A stretch of DNA of 52,042 bases, the filler included, from Bipalium vagum (Eukaryota), in NCBI GenBank assembly GCA_037834085.1. It is 3 parts of 3 records of this genome, joined end to end, with 100 filler letters (N's around TTAATTAATTAA, not from the genome) between each part and the next. Parts side by side here need not be neighbours in the genome. Positions count along the whole stretch, not along the records: positions 33,960 to 52,042 come from JBBMKC010041182.1; 2 more parts are not named here. The stretch is one strand, 5' to 3'. Under the pieces are notes generated by a model that worked only from the letters and a program-made list of their open reading frames with translations, was not told the DNA's origin and ran no database searches. Positions within the stretch are counted from its first letter, which is position 1, and each line of letters starts with the position of its first letter. Shown here piece by piece: positions 35,600 through 50,344 of this stretch. The translations under genes and the position numbers were made by a program.

Positions 35600-35985
35600 T
35601 ACTTGATGGATTTAAAATTTACAATTGACTCTTTAAGAAACTTGGATATCAGTGATAATAAAAATATTGTAAAGAATTCAGACTTGAAGAGGAAAATTAA
35701 ACTGACAAAACTTGATTATAATATCCAACTGAATTCCATGATTATTGGATCTCTTTGGACGATACATCCGGATGCAATAGATCTTCTAATCAATATTGAA
35801 ATCATAAAAAGGAAATCAAGTGCACTCTTAAAGCCATGTGCAATATTAAATATTGAGCAGTCAACGAAGATCTGGAACTGCAATGCTATATTTGGCTAAT
35901 TTTATATAGACTGTACCAAATCAATTGATCCGATGAATAAAATTTATCATAAACCCATGCTGGTTGATATATTAAAAAAATCTAT
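35600..35985 (+). mobile_element. Degraded LINE (RTE-like) reverse transcriptase fragment
   Basis: EQ..GT.NAIF and YIDCTKSID resemble the QxGF..GTRNAIF and FIDYxKAFD RT motifs. Confidence 0.35.
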
Positions 35986-37387
35986 GTCACTTATACTTGT
36001 TTATTTAATTTATTTAATTTAATTTAATTTAATTTAATTTATTAATTTAAGTCTTGTATACGAAAAATTTGTTTAATAAATAAAATGTTGTGTTAAGCCA
36101 ATTAAAATTACAAATGCTGATTGGTCGCCATTGAATGAAAGGCTTCAATGAATAGAACTGAGGGTGTCCTCTATTTCAAATTTACTTAAGGAAACTGAAA
36201 AATATTGCTCTGCAAAGCTTGAACCTCAGAGACTTTAACGAAATAAAACAAAAACGTCCCAAACAAGAATGCAAACATACTGGCGATTATTTACAATTAT
36301 TCTTTTAAAACAAAGAAATTAACTTTTATTATTTTATTAAAACTGTTAAGTTAATTAGAGCAGTTATTTTTAAAGGTGCACTGAATTGTTATGTAGAGTT
36401 CATGTTTCATTTTAAACAAAAAACTCGGAAATTAATATAAAAGAAACTAGTTTACTCTTTTGTAATTGTAAATATATAATTCTGAGCAGAAGACCATTTT
36501 AAGTCAATAAATTTTATTAATTGTTCTCTTATTAAATCGTCTTGGAATAAAAAAAGATGTTTTCTTTTTTTTTTATTAAATACATAATGAATATATTATG
36601 TGTATAATGGGTTTTCATAATTATACAATAATTACATATCTTCTAAGCAGTTGTTCCAAGAAATTTTTAATTATTATAATTAATTTTTTCTATATTTTGA
36701 GTTTTGGGGAATTCAAAATTAAATTATTATTTTGAGATATATAAATACAAATATAATGATAAATAATTATTACCAATTTTTAATAAATTAATTACTTATA
36801 TTATTTATTATATTATTTATGTTTTTAAGTTACATAAAATTAAATTTTCCTTTTCTGAGTTAATTTCATGGAATTATTTATATTTTATTATATTTATTTA
36901 TTTTATTATAATTTCAAAAATCAATAGTTCTTCTTACAATATATTTACTTTACTGACACAAAAGCGGGTAAGAGTACTAAAGCACATTAGTGCACAACCA
37001 GCCAGTTAAGCATCTGATCATGATCATAACTCAAACCCCTTCGCTTCACAATGACAATTTCTACTTGCCGCGTTACTGTTGAGATCTGCTTATATAAAGG
37101 ATCACAATTATTTGTAATTAAATTTCTGTTTTATTTTATTAAAGCGGACATAAAGTATTAATAATGAAATTCAATGATAACTTTTAATATATTAGAATTT
37201 TTAATATTATTAAAATAATTTATAAAACGTTAAAAATTTCCCTTTAATCCTTTTCCTTCNNNNNNNNNNNNNNNNNNNNNNNNNNNNNNNNNNNNNNNNN
37301 NNNNNNNNNNNNNNNNNNNNNNNNNNNNNNNNNNNNNNNNNNNNNNNNNNNNNNNNNNNNNNNNNNNNNNNNNNNNNNNNNNNNNNN

Positions 37388-38236
37388 AGAGCATCTTAAG
37401 CTAATCTCGACATATGTTTGAAATTCTTGATCCCCATGACAGAGTCGTAAGAGTTTTAGGGTTTTGTTTGAAAACGAATGTCCTCTGAGCTGCTGGTGTT
37501 GGGAAAATAGGAAAAAATAAAATTTCTGAAACCCATTCCATGTGTAATAAAATATTTTGTGAAACCAGATTTGGAAGTTGTTTTCTGTTTTCATTTTCAA
37601 ACCTCCATAATTGTGGGAAAGTACATTTGAGGTTTCAGATTGTACCAGTTGGAAATTGTCAATGTTTCTGAAGGATATAACTGGCAAATTTAACCGTAAG
37701 GGATCAAAAAGTAGATTTCTCTGAGTGACCACAATTAATTGTTCATTGACGTAAGATATTATACTTGTTCCTCGTGGATCTGAATTTAAAACGGGTGTTA
37801 AATGTTTATTTGGATTTTTCATTTGTATGATCATGCCATTTTTATTCACAATATACTTTTTGCAGTAGCCTTGGTAAATATTGAAGCAAATAATAAAGAT
37901 ATTTTTTTCTCGAACATATGTCCAGGCTTTCACTGTGACATGTGTCAATTTCGGTTTACAGTACGACAAGGAATCCGAACAGAGATTATCACATTCTTCT
38001 GGACTGATACAATATAAAGAATCCATCACCGGTCCAATGTCGATGTTATATACCATTTGATGATCTGTTAGGTCTATAATCATGATAGTGTTTGTTGTGG
38101 CAACAAGAATTTTTTTCTGAATAATATGAATATGATCAATGATTGAGTGAGACTTTATGATACGTTCCTGAAGAACCTTTCTACACATTATAAACATAAT
38201 TTGCAATCTTATTCCATAGAGAATTGAAAAATTCAT
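37388..38236 (-). CDS. Plexin/MET-family Sema domain N-terminal exon, partial
   Basis: IDHIHI..KILVATTNTI..IGPVMDSLYC..C..IICFNIYQGYC and KLLRLCHGDQEFQTYVEISLRC match the plexin patterns TGP..DS..C, CGS..QG.C and RLC..D..F.SYVE.PL.C; runs into the N gap at 37260-37387. Confidence 0.75.
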
Positions 38237-39329
38237 TTAAAAATGTATTTTGTTGAGAACTAAATAAACTTGGCATCCTTTTATTTAAAGAAAGATTAGA
38301 GATTGGTCGAATGATATTGATGATAAAAGATAATTGGATGAATATTTGAATTAAGATGCAACTTACTGAAAAAATATACAAAATATAATTATTTATTTTT
38401 CCAAAATTAATTTCGAAACATTAATTGTGTAATTAATAATAATTCATGAAAAAAAGAATTTGTCATTTTTTGTTTTTTTAATATTTTGTCTTGATAAATG
38501 AATTATCATAATATTTCAAGAAGTGAATTTTTTTTTAAATTGCGACTGTTTCAAAAGTTTTCCTTGTAATAAATAATTCTGTTAACATGTATATATTTAA
38601 ACAAAAAAAAGTATATTTAATTTGATTAATTGTTCCTGTTTATATTCAATAAGAAGTTTATAAAATTGGAATTTAAATCAGCAATTGCGATTGTTTCAAC
38701 AGTGGAGATGGATCAGCTGAAATATTAATCGGATAATTAGAGAAAACACAGGGGAAAATAGTTGGATTGATTCATTATTGAATATGATAGCTATATTACT
38801 CTGTGCTCCTAAATGGACCTATGATCTTTAAATCAAATATACCAAGGATCATTGATACTTATCTGAAAATAAAAAATTTTATTTCGCAATGTATTATATA
38901 ATATAATAATATATTCCATTGTGATTTAGTAATTTACTATATATTTAAATATTGCTCTACATCAAAGCAATGTCTAGATTCACTTCAATTATCCTTTGAA
39001 TGAAACAACATGCCAGGATACCCTATTTACATATTTTCTTTCGTTATAAGATCAATAATTTCCGATTTCAGTACCCGAATGTTTATTCGGAACTTTAAGA
39101 TACTAGATTCCACAAAATTGTCAAATATCTAAGTAATAAATTTAACTCGACATACTTAGTTCCACCTGCTTTTTGGCTTTTACATAAGATAAAATGTAGT
39201 CTTTTGTCGTAAACACATGTACAAATTATAAATCAAAACCAATATCCTACATTAACCTTAAAGATGTAACGATTTCTGAAATATTAATGAGATCAGATAT
39301 CATTTTCAAATTACGCAGTCCATTAATAT

Positions 39330-39900
39330 TTGATCAAAATTTTAATTATAAATTATATTTTATTTAAATTTTATCATTTAATTATAATACAAGTCACAAA
39401 TCATAGACGTAATCAAAAACCTATAAATAACAAATAATTGAAATATCTAAATCAATTGAAAATGAATTTAAATGTGATAAATTTAAAGAGAATGAATATT
39501 ATATAAAAGTGAAACAAAATAAAATGTATGTAAATGGTATTATGATATTAGATAAAGATTTTGAACTTATATTTCAAACCGAGAAATCTTTAGACAATGT
39601 TTTAGAATTGGAAGTTGGTAAAAATATATTGAAAAACTACTTTACTCAAAAAAGTTAACATTAAAAATATAAATAAAATTATGATTGAATGTAATCGTTG
39701 AATATCGTTGTTATAATAGAGAAAGAGCAAATTGAAGATTCGATTTTAAAAATAATTTAATTAGACAAGAATACAGAATTATGCGTAATTTTCCAATTTA
39801 TTATCCAGCAATTGTAAAGACAAATAATGAAATAAAGTTTAAAATAATTGATGATAACTGCGATTTGGTAGAGTTTAATATTTAAGAAATAAGTTTCAGT
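39330..39900 (+). pseudogene. Probable Polinton-like minor capsid (penton) remnant
   Basis: FELIFQTEKSLDNVL..IMIECN..KNNLIRQEYRIMRNFPIYYPAIVKTNNEIKFKIIDDNCDLVEFN resembles the penton C-terminus (I.CN.., P...IY.P....I..I.I.I.DQ.G.L.DF). Confidence 0.6.
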
Positions 39901-40049
39901 TCAAATTTGTATTAAATGTAAATTTATTTATCCATTCAAAATTAGCTTAGCTTCCAATAAATCCAAAACATTTACTGTTTGTACTAAAGAAAACGTCAAA
40001 TTTCCGTTTGTATTTAAATTTGATTTTGCAATTTTTTAATAAAATGAAA

Positions 40050-40140
40050 TGCCGTAATTTGCGGGCTATAAACCGCGTGTTTTTAGCAAAATAATTTCGT
40101 TTTTCTAACTTTGCGGTTTATATACCGATACGACTTAAAC
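40050..40140 (+). mobile_element. Tc2/pogo-like terminal remnant
   Basis: tgccgtaatttgcgggctataaaccgc and tgcggtttatataccg resemble TA-CCGTATTTTCCGGACTATAA-type ends. Confidence 0.4.
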
Positions 40141-42559
40141 ATTGTTTTTTTAAAATTGTTTAACATCAAATACTTAATTATTATGAATTGCTTTTTTAAA
40201 ACTTAGTTCAAATTAAAACTGAATTTAAATATAATATGGACGAATCATTAAATAAATTTTTTAATTTAAATATATTTATTTTTTTAATTATCTTTATATA
40301 TAATTTAATATTTTCATTTAATAAAAAACTATTTACTGAAATCACTAAATATAATATTACAATTTCTAAATGTCTATTCAATTATTTGTTTATCATATTT
40401 TATTTCATTGTTGACTTAAAATTTTAAAAAATAATAAATAATTTATAAAAAATTACCGCAACGTTTTAACCCGTACTATTTCATTTTATTTTTGATTAAG
40501 ATTGAAAAATATTAATTTTTATTTTAAATTAGTTATACTCTGTGAGAACTTTCTTGATATTTAATTTAAAACTAATGCATTAAAACAATGGAAAATAATA
40601 TTTATCAGAAACTATACAAGTATTTTAAAGATGTTTTAAGTACATAAAAAGTATGCCAATATTATTTTTTCAATATCATTCTTTTTATTTCTCGTAAAAA
40701 GTATTTATTAGCCAAAAGCACTTTAAATATCAAAACCGTGCTGGAAACGAGGTGAGAAAAATTAGAGTCTATTTCCGAACATTTATGATATATTGGTTTT
40801 CTTTTTTATTTTTAGTCCAGTTTAAATCATCAAAACTTAGTGAAAAGAATTAGAAATATTCATCTATTAAAGCCACTTCGTTATTTCGCAAGTATTTTTA
40901 TCAATATAATTAAATTAAATTAAGACATCGTATTTAAAGAGTAAAATATGTAGGGTTTATTTTAAAATGAAAATTGATATAGTACAAAATTAAAAAGTGA
41001 AGTAAAAATAAAAATTTTAAATAAAATACAATTTACATTATTATTATTATTATTTTTACTTTATTTTTTGAGGAAAAATTTCATATAAATTATAGTATTG
41101 ATAATGACCAATTTTATTATAAGAATAAAAAATATAGCGATTCAACTTATAATAAAAGTAATCAAATTAAAAATTATTAAGGAACTTCTAATTTCACAGA
41201 CTAATTCGTATACTCCCTTTATATATAAGGTCATTAAGTGTGAAATGTTGAATTGTAAAATCTAAAGTTTGAAATTTGATAGTCTAAATAAGTCTCAATC
41301 GAAGTTTGATTGTTTATTAGAGACCTTTAATATTACACAGAGATGTATTTGAGTATCCATTGGTATTGTTGGAATTGTAACAAATTTAATTATATTTATT
41401 ATCATATTATACATTATAATATTAAATTTCGAATAAAGTAGTGAAATCTTATTTTTATATAATAATTGATATCAGTAATTATATAATTAATTAAAACAAA
41501 CAACATAAAATAAAATTTACCAATTAACTGTTCAACGAGAAATTTTAGTTAAGTCAGAAAAACGCTGGAAGCTAATCAAAAATTTATAATATATGACAAC
41601 CAGGAGAAAAGTTCTCAATAAAAAATTAAAGTTTCTCTAAGCATTGTAATTAACGCATCAATAATTCCAGAGCATCAGAACCTGGTCCGTTTTAAAATTG
41701 ATATATAATTTAATTACTTCCAAATCTGATATAAACATCGGGGATATATGTTTCTATTTGTTTAAAAAAGTAAATATCTTACATTCATATTCAAGCTTAC
41801 TATGCTCTGAAGGGTCTGAATCGGAACAATTAGAAAGCAGTAAAATTCCATTATTCTAAATGTGATATTACCAGACTACTCAACGTGAGGATGCAAATCA
41901 AAAAGACATTAGACCACAAAGACAAAAGAAAAGAAAAAAGTGAAAGTTTTCTAATTTACTAATCATGTGCATGTTTATAAAAGTTTTCTGAAATTAAAAC
42001 TGGCATTTATTCAATCGATTTATTTAAATTTTCATACATAAATGTGACAATGTAAATAAATCGATTGGGTAATTTTTTATAAAACCCATTATAGATATTT
42101 TTTGAAAATTATGGAACTCGTGGAACCATTGTTTAATAGTGGGGGAAATACTATATGTTTGTCTCAGTAAACCATATAACGATAAAATTTTCAAGATTAA
42201 GTATTATTAAATACTTAGACTCGGCAGGAAATAATTACTTTATAAAAAAAGATATTGAAAGCGATTAATTCTAAAATATATATATGTAATGAAAATATAT
42301 ATTTGTTTTTCTAAATCTACAAAAAACTAGTTGATGCTTTTCTCAATAACATAATCACGGAAGATGAGACACCTTTGAGCTTGTATATACCGGAGAGTAA
42401 ACGCGAATCTGCCGAATAAAAGATACCAGGGGAGAAACCAAGACTAAAATTGAAAACTGGCACATTTCATAAAAAAAATCTCTGATATTGACAATCTTTT
42501 GGGATATGAAAGGCAATTTTGTTGCATCTGATGTCAAAAATAATTCAGAATAATATGCA

Positions 42560-42930
42560 CAACTTATAGATGGAGTAAGAGAAAACCGGAAAAAAAGGGG
42601 ATAGGCTGAACTTATCCAGTCCACATATCTCATCTGACAAAAGCACTTATCCTCATCCACCATACAGTCCCGATCTCGTTCCCAGCGACTTTCACTTTTT
42701 CCGAGAACTGAGAAGGATTTGCAAGGAAAATTTCTTCCAGAGGAAAAGTACTCCAAAATCTTTTGTGAAAAGTGTATTTTTGATTTGTTGACTTGTTGGA
42801 ATAAATGTATGTAATTTGGTGGGGATCATATTGAAAAATAAATATAGGCTTGCTACATGTTTTGTTATTGAAAGTTTAAATAAAATATGTATATGTATTG
42901 TATGTATCTAAATACTTAATAGGCGCACTA
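42560..42930 (+). mobile_element. Mariner 3' fragment
   Basis: PHPPYSPDLVPSDFHFFREL at about 42650-42710. Confidence 0.8.
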
Positions 42931-43299
42931 CACATATAATAAACTTAAAATAAGAGCGGTACCATAACAAATTTTATTTTTGCTTAAACTATTTAAATAG
43001 TATTATCATCTAAAACTCTGGGTATTACGTTACCAAATTTTATTTTACATTAAATACTAAGAGTAGCTTGTAATAAAAAGAAAAATCTAATAGTCATAGT
43101 ACCAAAAATATAAGAACCTTGATCAAAATTTTATTCCTTGAAGAGAGTTTTATTAATAGTCAAAAACAGAATAGATGGAAATGACTTATGAAAGTTATTT
43201 GATGCTGAGAACTTGGAACCAAAATTGATCTGTTCTTCATTGTAGATCCCAAACAAGAAAATTCCAAGATAATCTTTAATGCGATCAAATTCTAAGGTA

Positions 43300-44800
43300 G
43301 AGTTTTCTCTTTTTTATTTTGGCTTGTCCACTGTTTCTCGAAAATGCCGACATATATCCATGTTTATATGGATATTTTTCAAAAACATATTTTACGCTTA
43401 AGCTTATTATGACTTCTGGAGCTGCCCTGGTGTTTACTTTGTTCTTTTGGCAATGTACTAATTATTTTATTGTCTCACTTGCCATTTTATTCAGCTCCTC
43501 CATGTCATAATTATTTTTTATAAAATTGATATTTTTCTATACTCTTTCGTGAGTTAATAATGTATGGATCTCTATAATCATGACTGTTCTTTTCACTTTT
43601 AAGATCAAAATTTTCCATTTTCTTGTTTTTACTACATTTTTCTCTAGTCGAAATTGTGTTCACTTCTCTTATTAAGTATCTCTTTTGATCTTCTCATTTT
43701 TTTCGACCCTTCTTGTCACTTAAAAATTTCTATTTTCATCTTCTTATTAATCTGTCTTGTTCTCATTTTCTTTCTCTCTTCATCTACATAATTCATTAGA
43801 CGTTGACTAAACCTTTTACATTTAATTCTCGAGAGGATATCTGCATTTGTATGTTTATCTCCTTGTCTATAATTCAATTCCATATCCAAGTCATTGATAT
43901 AGTTCATCCACATCTGGAACTGCTGTGTTATAGATTTGCTCGTCTTCTTCATAAATACAATAATTTTGTTATCTGTTCTTGCTATGAATATTTTTCCGTA
44001 TAAATAATGTTTAAATTGATTGCAAAAATAATAAGTCTTGAGTAAGTGTTTTCTAGTCATCCATGTGCTGACAATGCATGTTATTCATATGCAATAACTA
44101 TTTCATTTCCATAATTATCCATTTGTGATAAAACTTCTCCAATTACACCAAAGCTAGAATAACTGGCTTTTTATATCTGAGAAACCTAGAATGGGTGACC
44201 GATTTAATGTTTGCTTCATTTACCTAGATGCTTTCTCGTTTCCCTCTGAACATAAAAAGTTTATGTTATCGTTATCACATAATATTTTTGAAGCTCTTGA
44301 TTTCTGAGTCATTATTTACTAATCTCCTTTGCTAATTGCATATTCTCAGGAGGCTTCCCAGAGTCTTTACACATCTTGGCTTTTCAAAATTCTAGATAGT
44401 TTCAATATTCATAGGATATGTTCGAATCCTTTCTTTATCTATTATATGTCCAAGGAACTTTACGTCTTCTCGGAATAGGTTTCATTTTATTGGGTTCATT
44501 CTCAACCATGTCTTTTGAATACAATCTAATACTCATCCCAAGCTTACATAATCTTGATTTAATTCCTTAGGAAATATCATTTTGCCATCCATATAAATCA
44601 TTGTTTTTTCTAGCTTATATAATACTTTCGTCAGTAGTTCCTGGAATATTCCTGGTATTATCATGAAGTAATATTAATCTGCTTTAGTATAAAATGTAGT
44701 GCAAATCTTTTTTAAGAATACCTGATAATTTGCGTTTTCTACGTCTATGGTATTAAAATATTTTGCCCCATGTAAATTTACAAAAGCTTTCAGGATAACT
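43300..44800 (-). mobile_element. Decayed Ty3/Gypsy pol (RT and RNase H)
   Basis: ORF 43716-44060 FKHYLYGKIFIARTDNK..YRQGDKHTNADILSR (RNase H); upstream IYMDG (YxDD) and VKFLGHII. Confidence 0.85.
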
Positions 44801-47800
44801 ACGGAAAAGAATAATTCAAAAATAATATATCCCTTACAATTTTTAAAATCAAGTAATTTGTTGTACTTAATTGAAACTCCTGCATAAATTAATTACTACA
44901 GAAAAGCGCAGAATTTAAATTCAGGGATTTTGGGATAAACTTCCAGTTCATTTTGTTAAAATTGATCTAGTTAATATCAATTGGCTTACTATCAATAAGA
45001 CAAAACATTTTTCAAATAATTTTATTACGTGATGAAAAACTAATATTCATACATATACTTTTTAAAATATTAACTAATACATATGCAATATTTATCATAA
45101 TTAATTTCTTAAAATTATTTCGTTTTAAAAAATTAAATTTTTTCAAGTCTGATTAGCTTCCTCATAGATCTAAAACGAAAGAAAAAGAAACCAAGATAGT
45201 CGAAAACCAGAGGAAAACCCTATGCAATATTTTTAGCATCGATCTGATTTTAAAATTCCAGTTACAATGTTTTAAGTTGTCCGACTGCACCTTAAATAAT
45301 TGAGGAACAAATAAGACCTTGATGGTTGAAGATTTTAATGCGTGATTTTATACTTTAAATAAACAAAACTTAATAATCATTTTATAAATTTTATTAATAA
45401 AATCAAATGTTTACAGAAGATCGTATTTTACACGATTAAGAATGATTGCTGTAATAACATTCCTCTTAAAAAAAATTCACAAATTAACGATTACAGTACA
45501 GATATCTTTTCGTACTGATACAAATACTATTATCTCAGAGGTCCTCAAAGAAAAGTAGTTCAGTAACCTAATTTGGTATGAGAATTACAAAAACAAATAT
45601 TCAATGCCTAAAGTTAAAAAAATTATATTGATATAGTAAAATTCCAATTATACTCTAAATAAGCATGAGTATCGACTGAAAAAGACGTTGGTATGAGAAT
45701 TAAATTCTAATACGATCATCAGCGTTGAAAGGGAGCTTCATGATCTGAGCCCAGTATACAGTTTAGATTCGGTGACTCTAAAGGCACTATACACCAGTGA
45801 GATCATGACAACATAAGACAACTAAAAAAACTCAATAACCAACAAATAATGGAAAGTCTTTATTTTTAAACAACTACGATAAACCCAAAGCTGCAAAATT
45901 CTACCATTCTAATAAAAACATTTAAGTTAATAAAACCAGTTATAAAGCCATCAGATTCGGAATTTTTCTGAAAAAATACTTTAAATATTACATTTTTATA
46001 TTGATTCAAATTACTTTTACCACTTTCTTTATTTGGATTCGTGTTTTACAAAATACGACAACCTACAAACTGAGATTCGATTTTGAGAGCAATTTTGTGT
46101 TGTTTCCTTTGATTGTATAAGATTAACGGCCCTATACAGATGATAAGAGTCTACTCTTTGAACCTATCTGATCTAAGAGAAGCAGGTTAAGAATGAAAAA
46201 CTCAAAATCTGGGCAGACTATTGCAAAATTTATTTGTAGACAAAGCAGAGAATACCAGTCACCCGTATATTAACTGAAATTTTTAAGTTCACTATTCATC
46301 AAGATAATAATGTTTGTCAAAAGATAGGGCAATTTTTTACAATTACAATTTTTTTGTGGAACCCTAACACATTTTAACAGATAAGTAATCACATTAAAAT
46401 CAATAGCTAATCACCGTCGCTTTCAAAGTGAATAGTATTTTTTGCAGATGTAACCGCATAATACTAGTACATAATTAGTAATACCAAAGAATGAAAAAAT
46501 TAATTTACATTTTAGTGAAACATATTTCAAAATGGTGTAATTAATATAAATACAGCAAATATAAAATGTATGATATGATAATAACTCATAGTTCGGTTCA
46601 ATCCATGTGTACCAAAATATTATAATGCGAATTTTGTTAGATTCATCACAGTGGTTTAGGTTTGTTTATCCCAGACCAACCAGATTTTTATGAGTTTATA
46701 TTATCAGGAGCGAGTTCGCAGTTATCAAACAAGTATCTAGAAAATGTGATGTTATAAAATTCCAATGATACTGTAATAATGCATATAATAATTTGCTTAC
46801 CACATGATACTTAAATATAATATTCAAACAAATGATATGTTATTGAATTAAACTAAAACCTGAAAAAATACCCTATATTTTCCAATGTTAGAATAAGCTG
46901 TAGATGTTTTATTAATTTATGAAAATTTAAATAAACAACCATATTCAAAAACTGTAGAAAGATAAAATATTTACTTATTGAATTATATTATAATTAATCA
47001 TACATAAGTATAAATAGAATTACTAAAAAATCTAATTTTGATTTTCTGCAAAACCGGAAGACAGATTGACGACATATTTTACATACATTTGTTGAAGTAA
47101 GACAATTCCGAATATGTAAAAATTTTCGATAAGAAAATAAATTTTTTGTCATACATGTAAGAAATAAATGTATATAAAGTGAATAAAAACATTCGAAAAA
47201 CAGATAATAAATTTATGATCAATCATAAGATCATCAAGGGGTGGTTAGATGATGATGACATGATTATCAACTTTCAATACCGGGCAATATAAGTCGTATG
47301 TAGGAAGAAAAAGGCAATGATCATATTTTTTAGAGCAAATTTAATATTCCGAGTAGAAAATGATCGTCTTCCAAGAAAAGCAGTTAATAAATCTGACATC
47401 TTGAAATGTACCAAAGAAATCCCTGAGGCGTTAATAAATCTCAAAGCATAAAATGGTTGACTTGAATTTTTTCTGAAAACAAAATTTTGTGCAATTCAAA
47501 AAGGTAATCAACCATTTTAAAAAAATAACTACTGAACTTGATATTCAATTTGAAAATATTTATAAAACTCCATTTTTGCAAAGGAGTACATCAAACCCAT
47601 CATTTACAAAGTTGGTGCAAAGATAATTGTATTTTCACCGCTAATTTAGTGAAATTCCGAATAACTGTAATCTGTAAAAACGTGATCCAAAAATAATACG
47701 GAAAGTGTATTTATTTGCTCAAAGGAGGGCATTGTTCAATTAATTTCTTTAAAGGCGTGGATCGATTCAAACCTTTTTATCAAGTGGAATTAATTTTATT

Positions 47801-50251
47801 TTTCCACCAATCACTACTCCTGTTAACTCAATTTTGCTGATTCTTGGCAGTGCTAGGTCTCATATTTCAATGAACGTCAAAAACGTTCTACAAAAAGAAA
47901 GATTTAATATTATAATAATTTAATAAAATCAAATCTGTGAAAAGTCAAAAATAACTAAATAAAAATTAAATGAAAATTCTGGTGACGTATAATATTGATC
48001 ATCTAAATTTAATAGTAAAGTATTCTACATATTAGACTAATGCCAGGAATATTCTTTTAATCAATAATTGGAGTATCAACCAATATTGATATGTAAAATT
48101 TTCTATTATGTAAAAATTATTTACAGTGATTCCTGTCACTCTCCGACCATCAGTGGGCTTGACCTGAACAAGACTTTTCTTTCAACATGTATTTCAAAGC
48201 GATCATCAATTTGAAATGGATCCCAACCACAACAACCAGGTTGGAGTCACTGTCTATACCATTATTCATCGATTAGTCATCGGGATCGTGTCTCAAAAAT
48301 ACACTTACTATTAAATCGAGTTTATTTAAACTGAACCAACTGTTTATTTTCCCTTCAAAATGAAAATATATATCTAAATACTTATCAAAAACCTTCTTAT
48401 AACTTATCTTTATTTTAATTACTTGTTGCAGCCCATGACTTAGAGTCAGTTGGTGAAATCCCTAAACTGTTTCACAATTTTTAATTTTTAGATTATTAAA
48501 CTCAAATTATTGATAGTAAATGATATCAGTAATCACGGGTAAATAAATTATACTTTTAAGAAAGTATTTTAATTTATTTTTCCAACACAGTTGCAAAACT
48601 AAAGCAGTATAATTTTATTTATTAATCTCTTTTAGTTCGAGAAAATTAAAAGTTATCATAAATATAAGAATCTTTTTAATAAAATATTATAATTAATATT
48701 ATAAATTAAAAAATTATTTTAAATTTACTATAGTAAAATGATTTATATTTTTATAAATTTATTTGAAATTCTTTTAATATAAAAAAGTTCAGAAAAATAT
48801 TATTAAAAAAATTCTTAAGATGAAAATTAAAGTTGTTTATCTAGTCAAATTCAAGGTTGTATAATTAGAAACCTAATTTTAAATTTAATTGGTTTTCGAA
48901 CTCGGTGATAATTAGATAATATATTTCAGAGTAAAAATATTAAATATTCAATATTGTAATAATTTATATTTATCTCAATAACAGTCTGCGCAGTGTGAAT
49001 CTAATATGCGATCTCAAAAGAACATTGTTAAAATGAAAAGGTGATTTCATTTTCATTTATTCATTTTTTTGTATTTTTGTTTTGAACTTATTAACATATT
49101 TTTTGATTTTAATTAGCTTTCAACAGCGATTTTTAGATTTTAGTATTAATATCACTAAATTTCTTTCATAAATATTGTCTCAGTTATTAAATAATATTAT
49201 GAATCATTACTGAAAATCTTTTTCATGTTAATTTTGTAACAATATAATATTTCTACATTGATTCTTTTTTTATTCATTTTAATTATTAAGAAAAAAAATA
49301 TATGAATATCATGATTTTTACCAGAGCTTTTAATTTCAGAATTATTTAATAAAATTAACGGTATGATGCTAGATTTAATTTTAAATTAATTTAAAGTTTT
49401 CTTAGAAATAATAATCATTTTATAATTATTATAACTTGTATTCACGTTTGTAATTCGCTTTTTTATAAAAATTACAGGCTTTTACTTGGGTGTCAAACCA
49501 TGCAAATTTTGTGATTTCATAAGGAGAAATAATGATATATTAATGTAACCTTTATGTAAAGTTAAGTTTTAAAAATAATGCATGGGACAGTATTTTTTTA
49601 TTTTCAGAATAATATTAATATTAATTTGGTTTTTATTTAACTCTAAAAAATTTAAAATCAACTAATTTTAATTTCTAAATGAAATTCTATTAGATGAGCT
49701 TAAATGTTTCCACCCTTTTTAAAATTATAAAAAAAAATTATAATAAAATTATAAAATTATAAAAAAATTATAAAATTATAAAAAAATTATTTATATAACA
49801 AATAATCTTTATTGAATCAATATTTTCTTTTTTGATAACCTTTTACCATTTATCTGGTTAATTTCTGTAGAATTTCTGATATTTCTGATAAAAATTGAAT
49901 TTTAAACTTAATTATTGGTTTTAATTTAAATTAAAACAATCTATAATGAAAACAGTGGAAATTTTTTAGGGAATTTAATAAGTTTAGTATTAAATTCTAA
50001 GGGCTAGCTATATTTATGTGCCATTTTGATACCGATTTTATAGTTTCTGTTTGTTTCAAGAAAATGTGTAGATGTGACCACCAGATGTATCCAGTTTAAC
50101 TAAAAACATTAAAAAAAGAATAACAGCATAAAGCACAATGTTGATGAAATGCTTTAGTGAGATTCGGTTGGGGTATGAGAAAGAAAAAGAATATTAAAAT
50201 GATATAAAAATAACTGTGTATGTATAATGATGAAATTCATAAATTAATATA

Positions 50252-50344
50252 CAGTGGACCCTCTATACAACGACACCTCTATATATCGACATCCTCTATA
50301 TAATGGCTGTTGTCGAGAGATGTGGTCATAAAGAAGTTTAACTG
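50252..50344. mobile_element. Short Tigger-like MITE remnant
   Basis: TA-cagtggaccctctat...gaagtttaactg-TA with internal ctctata..a.cgaca repeats. Confidence 0.6.

Noticed and set aside
45799-45825. tgagatcat bantam/miR-80-like seed
   Set aside because: Sits at the outer base of the hairpin, and the remaining sequence does not match the family.
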